From assembly GCA_951406725.2 (NCBI GenBank), contig OX597830.1, positions 41,168,001 to 41,232,000 on the forward strand: DNA of 64,000 nt. The letters run 5' to 3'. This DNA is from Octopus vulgaris (lineage: Eukaryota). The notes beneath the pieces are model-generated. The model saw only the letters and a list, made by a program, of their open reading frames with translations, made no database searches and was not told the origin of the DNA. Position 1 is the stretch's first letter; each line of letters starts with the position of its first letter. The translations under genes and the position numbers were made by a program. Of the stretch, positions 53,351-64,000 are shown one piece after another.

Positions 53351-54267
53351 TTTCGTTTTGACAGTGTCTGGAAAATGGCAAGGAAGGCAATAGAAATATA
53401 AAGGGAATCAAATTTAGTATGTAATATCTGAGGTAAAAGCTGTGTGTTAGAGGAGTGTGTAATAAATAGGCATTTGAGGAGGCAGGTGTGTGTATGTGTG
53501 TGGCCTAACAGAAGTGAGAGAGAGGGAGAGAGAATGTGTGTGTGTATGAGCAGGTGTGTTACTGGTGAGGGATAATGTTATGTGAAGGTGGAGGAGAGGC
53601 TTTGGGAAAGCAGTGTACATGTATTAATGTACAAAACAAAAATGAAATTGATATGTTTGATCTAAAAAGAAAAGCTTTTTTTAAAAAAAAAAATAAAATA
53701 GGTTAAGTATCAATGTTTCCAGCACCAATATTTCTCTGTGCGGTTATATTGAATAATTTCAGTCTGTGACCTCACACTACGTAGTATGCTTGGAAAAGAA
53801 GTGAAATGGGTGGTGGTTTGGTGAGGCGTTCATTTTTCTGTTTTCTCTGATTGTTTATGAAACCAAACTCTTGTGTGAGGTTAGTGTAACTGGTGGAAAC
53901 TTTAATTTCAAAGAGATTCTGCTTGTAATGGAGATCTCACAAAAAAACAAAACAAAAAAAAAAAAACTATTTGCTGCAAACATAAACACAAGCTTATTAT
54001 CTTATTGTAGCACTCTCTTTACTATGACTTTTTCATACAGTTGGTGTCACTGGGAATTCCTCCCTTTCTCTAGTTGTTTTGTTGTAGGTCTAATTAAAAC
54101 AAGGTTAACACTTTGCCTGGCCAAAACATTTGCATACATTTATCCTAAACATCCATGCTTGTTTCCAAACATTTAGTTTTTGTTTCGTGTGTTTTGAGAA
54201 ATATAAAACTTTCCCAGGTTAATCTGGTGGTTGACAAAAACTGGGAATGTGTCTCAAATATGATGCA

Positions 54268-54462
54268 TAGGTGGCACGTAAAAAGCACCCACTACACTCA
54301 CGAAGTGGTTGGCGTTAGGAAGGGCATCCAGCCGTAGAAACACTGCCAGATCTGACTGGGCCTGACGAAGCCTTCCAGCTTCACAGACCCCAGTTGAACC
54401 ATCCAACCCATGCTAGCATGGAAAGCGGACGCTAAATGATGATGATGATGATGATGATGATG
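54268..54462 (+). mobile_element. Young family E element 3' end with (GAT)n tail
   Basis: ggtggcacgtaaaaagcacc...ggttggcgttaggaagggcatccagccgtagaaa...catggaaagcggacgctaaat(gat)n; CpG-rich. Confidence 0.8.
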
Positions 54463-54687
54463 CCAAGGAAATATGTCCTCTGCATCACATCTGCTACACA
54501 AGACAGGCAAAGGATTAAATCATAAACTTTGGTACGAGTGGGAAGCATTAATGCCTCATAATGCTCAGGAGTATATAAGCACCATTGAGGACCTCTTCTT
54601 CATGTTGTATGTTATCACAGATAAACCAATTTGACAAAGCCCATCTGTCTATACAACCACAGAAAGAGAGGAGTGCAGTTCTGCTGA

Positions 54688-54950
54688 CGTGGCTGTGTGG
54701 TAAGAAGCTTGCTTCCCAACCATATGGAAACTGAAAGAAGCCTGTTGTGTGTGTGTGTCCCACCACCACCGCTTGACAATTGATGCTGGTGTGTTTATGT
54801 CCCCATAACTTGTTTGGCAAAAGAGACCAATAAAATAATTACTAGGCTTACAGAGAATAAGTCCTAGGGTCGAGATCTTTGACTAAAAAATCCCTTTAAG
54901 ATGGTGCTCCAGCATGACCACAGTCAAATGACTGAAGCAAGTAAAAGAAT
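54688..54950 (+). mobile_element. SINE family A with internal deletion
   Basis: The head jumps from ccaaccatatgg to aaactgaaagaagcc, joined at a short gg microhomology. Confidence 0.8.
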
Positions 54951-55780
54951 ATATATATATATATATTTATAATGTTTGTATATGCACACCCCTGTGTGTG
55001 TGTAAGCATCATCATTTATCATCAAGATAAGACTTGGTCAAACTGTGGCCCTTGGGATTTTTTGAATGCCATGCCAACAAAAAATTATCTTGAATCTTTT
55101 TGTTTGTGGGCCACCAGATGAACTATGTCTCATGTGGCCTACTCCATGAAAAAGGTTGCCCATGTTTCATCTACATCTTCACCATTTAACCATCCATTTT
55201 TCGATGCTAGCATGGATCAAACCAGAGTTAACGAGGCAGTTTTTCTATGGCTGAATTTCCCTCCTTTTGCCAACCCTTCCTTTGATTCCATGTAAGGTAG
55301 TGTTTCCTCTGTTTGTTTGTTTGTTTTTTGGGGTTTTTTTTCTGATGATGAGCAGCCCCATGGCCAGACATGTTTTTGTGTCAAATTTAAACAAATAATA
55401 CAATCTATTAGGTGGTGGTATAATTTGCACTGCACACCAACAGTGTGAAGACAAGAGGAAGATAAGACATGAGCTTTCTATTGCTTCTGTCTACTTATTC
55501 CACCGACAAAGCAATTGGTCATCCTAAGGCCATAGAAAAGATGCCGTGCCGACAGTGTCACACAATGGAAACAAACTGAAAAATATGTTGGGCATGTCTG
55601 TAACATATGAGATATACAAACATATGCACAAACGCGTTTTCAATTTTTTAATGCCAAAACAATGTAAGTTATAAGAAGTAATAAAAGTCAATAGTTTGTA
55701 CTTTTACCTTGTACTAGCTGTTAACTTATATTATTTCTTGTAACTTGCATTGTTTTGGCTTTAAAAAAAAAGGCCAAATA

Positions 55781-56175
55781 GGAGTGGCTGTGTGGTAAGT
55801 AGCTTGCTTATGAACCACATGGTTCCGGGTTCAGTCCCACTGTGTGGCACCTTGGGCAAGTGTCTTCTACTATAGCCTCAGGCCGACCAAAGCCTTGTGA
55901 GTGGATTTGGTAGACGGAAACTGAAAGAAGCCCGTCGTATATATGTATATATATATGTATGTGTATATGTTTGTGTTGTCTGTGTTTGTCCCCCCAACAT
56001 CGCTTGACAACCGATGCTGGTGTGTTTACATGCCCGTAACTTAGCGGTTCGGAAAACGAGACCGATAGAATAAGTACTAGGCTTACAAAGAATAAGTCCT
56101 GGGGTCGATTTGCTCGACTAAAAGGTGGTGCTCCAGCATGGCCACAGTCAAATGACTGAAACGAGTAAAAGAGAG
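55781..56175 (+). mobile_element. SINE family A, young full-length copy (tRNA-like head, CORE-like ccttgggcaagt box, internal microsatellite)
   Basis: A box tggctgtgtggtaag, B box gggttcagtccc; nearly identical to 63241-63643. Confidence 0.9.
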
Positions 56176-56308
56176 TTGGGGATCATTAAAGTCAATTGAA
56201 TTGACCACACAGCAAGCAGATCAACCAAAGGGTATATAACGAAACATAATAGCGTTGTTGTTTATCCCCAGGTCAGTCCTGATAAAGCAGACTTATGATG
56301 ATGATGAT

Positions 56309-56309
<1 letters not shown>

Positions 56310-56365
<56 letters not shown>

Positions 56366-56576
56366 TCACTCACTCACTCACTCACTCACTCACTCACTCA
56401 CTCACTCACTCACTCACTCACTCACTCACTCACTCACTCACTCACTCACTCACTCACTCACTCACTCACTCACTCACTCACTCACTCACTCACTCACTCA
56501 CTCACTCACTCACTCACTCACTCACTCACTCACTCACTCACTCACTCACTCACTCACTCACTCACTCACTCACTCA

Positions 56577-56628
<52 letters not shown>

Positions 56629-56640
56629 TGTGTGTGTGTG
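56310..56640. repeat. Compound microsatellite (CA)n-(CTCA)55-(CA)n
   Basis: Perfect CTCA run at 56361-56580. Confidence 0.95.
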
Positions 56641-57619
56641 TATATAGCAATTAAGTAACAAGGATGTCCAGGTATCAGTACATTACAGCTGTTTCAAGCG
56701 GTTCTATTTAATCAATCAATGAAAACATTTTATCTATTTGAAATAAACCACTCTGACTTGGTGCCTCAACTTAAGTACCTAATTCAACTATATGTGTGTG
56801 TGTGTGTGTGTAAAAACACACTCACACCACACACTGGTGCCGTATGTTCTGCTTCTGGCCTACCGAGTGTGTCTCAGAAAACTGCCAGGTGGTATCCGAG
56901 TGTGTTGCTTTTACCTTGGATAAATTTTACAATTTATTTTGGTGCACAAACCTCAAATGTTTGAATCATGCAAATGTTATATACACAGACAAAAGAGTTA
57001 GAGAATTATTCTTCACTGAACCACAACCTAATCTAGTTCTGAAGATTTAACATCATAAACTGGTTGTCTTTTTGTCAACCATTCTAAGATTTATGTCAAA
57101 TAATATCAAGTATGCTTATCAACTATTTCCACTGTAATTCCTCCTATCTAAACCTTTACAGTAATAATGAGGATGATTTATTGAAATCGAATATAAAGTG
57201 TGGTTTATAGTTCTCCCAGCTTTCATTGTTATAATCTACTTAAGAATGCAAAACTTAACGAACCAGCAAAGAATAGTTTCTTCTCTTTGAAACCAGTCAT
57301 CAATTAAATCATTTTGATATTTACAATAAAGTTAAGCAAATATGCAGAAATGTATTAGAATTTAAATTTCATATTCCACTTGATTAAATAACCAATTGCT
57401 TTTGTGTGATGCTCTCTCTCTCTCTCTCTCTTCTTCTCTCTCCTTTTCTCTCTCTCTCTCTTATTTGTGATTTTTCTCTCCTGCCTATTTCTTGAAACCC
57501 TGACAGAAGATGAAAATGATAAAGGGGCTATTCAGCTTTGTTTGTGAAAATACATGGACAGAACATAGACAGATATTTTAGATTTGGTTGATGTAGTTAA
57601 ATAAATCCTGATAATTCAT

Positions 57620-58175
57620 TTAACTGTTCAAGTATTCAGATTATTCTGTTAAATGTAATGCTTATTTATTCACATTGTTTTGAATCAATCATACATTATC
57701 TTGTAACTTCAAGATCCCAGTGATGTGATTGTATATTTTTAGGATGACATTGCAGGGTGGGTATGAAAGGTCAGACCTGGTTGATATGAACATAAAACAT
57801 ATATGGGTTGAATGAGGAAGAGGAGGAGACCCCCTTTGGTCATGAATGACCATGAGATTGCACCTAGAAAGTTACCCTCCAAGGCACAAGTCTAGGCAAG
57901 GTTGTTTGTGGGAAGCCAGCAGTTGCCCATGCATACCAGCTTCCTCTCTCCACAGACAAAGGCCAACACAGCTTGGCACCAATAATGTCGCAACTCATTT
58001 CTACAGCTGAGTGAACTGGAGCAACGTGAAATAAAGTGTCTTGCTCAAGAACACAACACACAGCCCGGTCTGGGAATCGAACTCATAACCTCACGATCAT
58101 AAGCTCGAAGCTCTAACCACTGAGCCATGCACCTTCACATGGGTTGAATATGACTGGTTTAAATGCTAAAGGGTC
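57620..58175 (-). mobile_element. TTAA-type MITE (same family as 18095-18507), split by a family C SINE
   Basis: Reverse-complement similarity; ends tttaaatgctaaaggg. Confidence 0.65.
57814..58138 (-). mobile_element. SINE family C with 11-bp target-site duplication
   Basis: atgggttgaat at 57803-57813 and 58139-58149; head gtgaaggtgcatggctcagtggttagagc...gagttcgattccc. Confidence 0.9.
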
Positions 58176-58961
58176 GACTATATCAATGAGGATAATAGAA
58201 TTTGTCTGTAAAACTATAAAATCTTCATGTATGTGTAGGATTCACTGATCTTTGTGAAGTTATGGAATCAAGAGAATTAACAGTAAAAAGTACTGTATGA
58301 AGAATTAAGTATTAGGATATAATCCTAAAATCTAACCAGTACATAGATGGTTTGCCATTGATGTTCTGATTGCTTATGTATCCCCTATATCAGTGGCTGA
58401 TTGAGCAGGCTTATGAATGAAGGTCTTCTAGATGGGTCCATTCTGTCCCTTATTCTTGTTCAAGTGTAGGGTACCTCCGACTTGCGCACCTCCTTTTTTT
58501 ACACAAAGTCTTCTTGATTACTGCTGAAGTAACATCATACTGACATGAGATCTGAAGAGTATGTCCCATTCACCATCTTGTTATATTTCGCTGTAGGTTC
58601 TTCATTCGAAAATGGTTAACCTATGAAACAAATGTTTTACACCTGTGGAAACTTCCCAACTTCACTCAGTATCGGTTTACTGGATTATAGTCTTTATACT
58701 TCATAGTGTTGTGTGTTTTAAACTCTGACTGAAAAAAAATGTACTGATCTCTACCAGAAGGAAACCTTAGGTGCCAGAAAGATAACAAAATTTCTTTTAA
58801 AAAGACTTATTTTCCTGATGCCTTCCTGGGGCCGTTTAATGCTCATTCTTTCAGTTCCTTACTGACATAACTGTATCCCTGGTGTTTTGCACAACAGTTG
58901 AACCTTAAATAAAAAATTAAAAAATACATAAAGAGCCATAGAAATAATGTAAGATTATGTC

Positions 58962-58998
<37 letters not shown>

Positions 58999-59006
58999 CA
59001 TGTGTG

Positions 59007-59038
<32 letters not shown>

Positions 59039-59065
59039 TATATTATGTATGTATGTATGTATATC

Positions 59066-59118
<53 letters not shown>

Positions 59119-59247
59119 ATCTATATGTGTATATGTATATATATATATATATATATGTATATGTATATATGTGTATATATATATGTGTGTATATATATAT
59201 ATGTATATATATATGTGTGTCTATATGTATGTATATATAGATGTGTC

Positions 59248-59283
<36 letters not shown>

Positions 59284-59301
59284 GGTGTATATATATGTAT
59301 A

Positions 59302-59358
<57 letters not shown>

Positions 59359-59405
59359 TCATGTTATCAACACATGGACACACGTGTGTGTGCATATGCA
59401 CACAT
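58962..59405. repeat. Compound (TG)n/(TA)n tract
   Basis: Direct reading. Confidence 0.95.
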
Positions 59406-60121
59406 ATGTCTGTGTATATAATTATATATACATATCTATGTGTATTTACGCATATGAATAAAAAAAAATATGGAGAAGTTGACAGCTAACTTTATAATGT
59501 AAAAAAGAACTCTTCTAAAACACCTCATAACTTCTCTTTTTTTATATTCTCTATATGGAGGGACAAAAATATAAAGATAGAAAGAGAAAAAAATAGGAAA
59601 AAATTCCTTAATTAGCTAATATCCAGTACTGCTAGTTTCTATACAGGACAGAACACTAACAGCATTGCTTACTTAAAACAAGTTATAGAAAGTTGAACAA
59701 AACAACTTTATTGCTTGTTTACTTAAAATAGATTACATTAAAAAAAAAGAGAGAATAAAAAAAAGGAAACATTTTTTTTTAGCTAAATCAAAATGAAAGA
59801 TAAGAGTCTATTACCTCCCTTTTTTGTACTCTTCTGGTATCTCTCCACTCTCCTTCCTTCACTGTCTCTTCTGTCTATCTGTCTCTTCCTCCTCTCTTTC
59901 TTTTTGCTCCAACTCTTCTCCTTCTCCAGCTCTTCAGTCTCTCCACTCCCCTGCCCTATCTTTTGCTTATATATCTTCCCACTCCACACCCATGCATTCT
60001 CTCTTTCTCCCTCTCCCACTTTTTATTTATTCCCCATTAGTTTATTCTTTTCTCATAGCAGTATCTCTTACTTTATACTTTTCTATGTTATATATACATG
60101 CATGCACCTCTTTCTGTCTCT

Positions 60122-60189
<68 letters not shown>

Positions 60190-61922
60190 CTTTATCTCTG
60201 TAGAGCCACAAAAGCCTTGTCATGATCCACAGTAATTCCTTTGGCATTCGTTTCTCAGTAGTGTAGGGACATTATTATCAGTGTGTGTGTGTGTGTGGCC
60301 TTATAAACACTCCATGAGTCATAATGATGTTAAGGTGTAAACAAGTATCCTTGCTGACTTTTTACTTCCAGTATATTTACATGCGTGTGTGAGAACTGTG
60401 ATGATTTTGCTTTCATTTCACTACAAATACTGAACTTCCTCTTTAGAGCTTTCATCATATCCTATTTTGCCTTCTTTGTTCATTAATCCTGATGATGAAC
60501 CCATGAAGGTCTAGAGATATTGATAGCAAATTTTGGGACTTTTACTGTTGCAAACTGCAAGCTATTCAAATGAAAATATGGTTTAAGAAAGTCAAACTAG
60601 AATATAGTCATGATTCACCAATGTGTTCAGTTGACTAACATCAATTGTATAAAACCTTTACAAAAGATAATCCAGTTTAATTACAAACACACATTTGTAA
60701 CAGGTGTGTATTAAACATTTGGCATCTTTACAGGAAAACACAAGCAAACCAATGCCATACATACATTAGTCAATCAATCAATCACACTATCACTGTATTG
60801 TCTAGACTATTGGATGTGGTTATATACCTCTGGTCACATTTCAGTTCTTTGAGTTCGTGTAGTTTTCAAATGAAACCACCCTGCTGGCTAGGCAGGCAGG
60901 CATATATATGCAGAGAGAGAGAGAGAGAGAGATTTTTATCCATTAGATAAAACAATATGATAATAGTGAAACTGTGTGTACAGTGAATATAAATAGGCTG
61001 AATGAAAAGAACTAGAGAGGCTCTGATGTCTCAGTTTACACCTGTTATGCTCATTATCAATGAAAAGTAAAATAATTTAAGGAAGGAGGCGAAAAAGAAA
61101 ATAGGAACTATATCAAAATTTATAGCAGCTGCTTGTTTACATTATATATATATAAAAGAGGGATTGGGTATGATCAATGCTCAATGAATTTACCATTCAG
61201 TTGTGGTTCTTATTTATAATTGCATTAAATTCCTTTTGTATTTTGTCTTTGCCTGAGGAGGTGTCCAGTTTTGACTATATATTCTGCATTTGTAAGTTGC
61301 AACTATGGATTGTACTTTTTGTGTGACATCATTAATTAAATTACCAAACACTGAAACATATGTAACAGATGTAATAATGGAATGTCATGTTCATGTCAAT
61401 GTTTTTTATCGCATTGTATGTGTTTGTCTTGATTTGTCATTTCATGAAAAATATATCTCACCATGAGGAAATGATAACCTTGCATAGAAATGAATATGGG
61501 TTGGTGACATGATGGGAATCCAGCCATAGAAAAATTTGTTTGGATGTTACAGAAAGGATGATGATGATGATGATGATGTATATTCTGAAAAAGTAGAATT
61601 ACAGAATTATAATGTAATGTGGATAAATGTTTCACCAAACAGGTGTGCCTTAATGTCATGTAATCCACGCACAAAATTAGTGTCACATAGTGTGTAGCAA
61701 GGTCAGACCTTTCACACATATAGGTACAATTCAATAAACAGGCTTATGTAGAGTTTTTGTCTACTCCGTTTCATTCACAAAGCTTGAGTCAGCGCTTGTG
61801 TAAGACAGTTAACCAAGATCTTGCTCAGTATGATCAAACTGGTAATTCCATTATTTTGTTACCATTTTTTATTGTCTGTTTAATGTAGTCTGGCATTTTG
61901 GTGGACTTTTAAACTCTGAGTA

Positions 61923-62056
61923 GAGGCATATGGCTTAGCAGTTAGGGCATTGTACTCATGATTGTAAGGTAGTGATTTCAATTTCTGGACTGGGCAGCAT
62001 ATTGTGTCCTTGAGCAAAGCACTTCATTTCTTGTTGCTCCAATTCACTCAGCTGTG
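61923..62056 (+). mobile_element. SINE family C head fragment
   Basis: tggcttagcagttagggc...ccttgagcaaagcacttcatttc..ttgctccaattcactcagctgt. Confidence 0.7.
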
Positions 62057-62432
62057 ACAGAATGGCACCCTGGGATCTCAATCACTTTTATATGCCATAA
62101 AAACTGGATAAAAACTAGCTAACTCTATGGATCCTAGGACGCTAGACAGTAATATCCAGGGGTTGATGGTGGTGATGATGATGATGGTCAGTGGCCTGGG
62201 GAGGAAGGATGGTTGGCCCAGACATTTGTAGGTATGAAGATGGTATGAGACAAGCCATCTGCAAGGAGCAGAGGTCACTGTAGTAGAGTTACAAAAAGCA
62301 GAGAGAGGTGACAGCACATCTACGGGCCAATAGCTAGAATGTCTTGGTGGATGACTTTATGCCATTTAGTTGAACTTCTTAGCCATTCAACCATGTCTTT
62401 GCTCTGTGTGTATGTATATTTATCTGATGATG

Positions 62433-62477
<45 letters not shown>

Positions 62478-62495
62478 GTGTATGTGAATACACAA

Positions 62496-62529
<34 letters not shown>

Positions 62530-62902
62530 GTGAACATATATGTTTGATTGATTTAGAAGATGAAACAAAATCTCCCAACTTAATTTAAATTAGAAATGTT
62601 CTTTTAGTTTTCGCTAATTATTAATAATTCAGTTAAGTGTGAAATGAAAGTTACTAATATAATGATAAAAATCGAATCAATAATAAAATTTTCAATAAAT
62701 TGAAATTCCTAGACAACATGAAGTATTAGCATCTGTATCATAATTGTCAGAGACATTGTCTGCTGTATTTATGGTAAGAGAATGGTAAAGTCAAGATGAA
62801 ACATGTAAAAAAAAAAAGAAAGAAAAAAAAGCAACAAAAACAAAAAAAGACAAACAAGCCAATTGCTTTCTTAAGCACAAGACGGAATTTGTAATTGGAG
62901 TT

Positions 62903-63150
62903 ATCATCATCATTGTTCTATGTCTACTTTTCCATGCATGCATGGCTCAAACAGAATTTGTTGAGGCAAATTTTCTACAGCTGGATGCCCTTCCTGTCAC
63001 CAACTCTCACCTGTTTCTAAGCAAGGTAATATTTCCCCGTGGCCAGATATGTTTTTTTTATGGAAATCTGGAAATGAACAACCCCACTTGTATGATGGTG
63101 ATGCTTGTTTACAGCCATCACAAGATGTCAAGAGAAAGATACACACAAAC
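62903..63150 (-). mobile_element. SINE family A' 3' part
   Basis: Colinear with 44461-44720. Confidence 0.8.
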
Positions 63151-63189
63151 ACATACGTATACACACTCATATATGTATATGTGTGTGTG

Positions 63190-63240
<51 letters not shown>

Positions 63241-63244
<4 letters not shown>

Positions 63245-63643
63245 AGGAGTGGCTGTGTGGTAAGTAGCTTGCTTACCAACCACATGGTTCCGGGTTCAGT
63301 CCCACTGCGTGGCACCTTGGGCAAGTGTCTTCTACTATAAGCTTCGGGCCGACCATGCCTTGTGAGTGGATTTGGTAGACGGAAACAGAAAGAAGCCCGT
63401 CGTATATATATATATATATATATGCGTGTGTGTGTTTGTGTATCTGTGTTTGTCCCCCTAGCATTGCTTGACAACCGATGCTGGTGTGTTTACGTCCCCG
63501 TCACTTAGCGGTTCGGCAAAAGAGACCGATAGAATAAGTACTGGGCTTACAAAGAATAAGTCCCGGGGTCGAGTTGCTCGACTAAAGGTGGTGCTCCAGC
63601 ATGGCCGCAGTCAAATGACTGAAACAAGTAAAAGAGTAAAGAG
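63241..63643 (+). mobile_element. SINE family A, young full-length copy
   Basis: CpG-rich, near-consensus; inserted in a (TA)n tract. Confidence 0.9.
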
Positions 63644-63652
63644 TATATATAT

Positions 63653-63943
63653 ATAAGTTTTAAAAGTAATAGTAAACAAAGAACAGACACAGAATGGCAA
63701 GTTAAAAAACATATAGTAAATGCACAGACAAACAGAAAACAGACACAGAAGGTCCCTGACTCCTCATCAGTTATTGGCCAGTGGGTCTGATGCAATTTTG
63801 TGCTTTTTGACTGTTAACTGATGAGGAATTGGGGACCTTCTGTATCTGTTTTCCATTCATCTGTGGATTTACTATGTTTTTTTTTTCTTGCTATTCTCAG
63901 TCTATTTTTCGTTTGTACATTTACTATACACTTTTTAACTTAT
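63653..63943. repeat. Long imperfect inverted repeat (foldback, MITE-like), arms about 120-130 bp
   Basis: gaaaacagacacagaaggtccctgactcctcatcagtta pairs with taactgatgaggaattggggaccttctgtatctgttttc; pairing continues outward to ataagtt/aacttat. Confidence 0.85.
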
Positions 63944-64000
63944 TAATTAATGGAACACAACACACTCTTGGTTTTATTCACAGTCAGTTATTTATATGTC

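Noticed and set aside
57508-57548. Phase-1 acceptor after a CT tract (ctgacag|aagatg) as the next MBD5 exon; similar candidate at about 60204
   Set aside because: Frames stop within about 10-14 codons, there is no good donor, and the pyrimidine tracts are microsatellites

Overview
AT-rich, microsatellite- and SINE-dense animal genomic DNA. The repeat families and the density of (AT)n/(CA)n/(AAT)n tracts look like an octopus (coleoid cephalopod) genome; this is inference. The window appears to be almost entirely intronic. The one confidently identifiable host exon (49757-50106, +) encodes the C-terminal half of an MBD5/MBD6-type methyl-CpG-binding domain plus the conserved KLCxHKRK motif. The rest is a mosaic of tRNA-derived SINE families (modular and often nested, some with clear target-site duplications), decayed Tc1/mariner transposases, RTE LINE 3' fragments, TTAA/piggyBac-type MITEs, a Helentron-type non-autonomous element and a long foldback. 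The most unusual signal is a small non-coding element present twice as an inverted pair (8531-8870 and 9372-9608). Its four arms together reconstruct a minimal type I hammerhead ribozyme (GACAC-CTGATGA-helix II-GAAA-CGTT-GTGTT), as in Penelope-like element termini. Almost all ORFs in the supplied track are microsatellite or SINE artefacts. SINE family letters A-F are my own labels.
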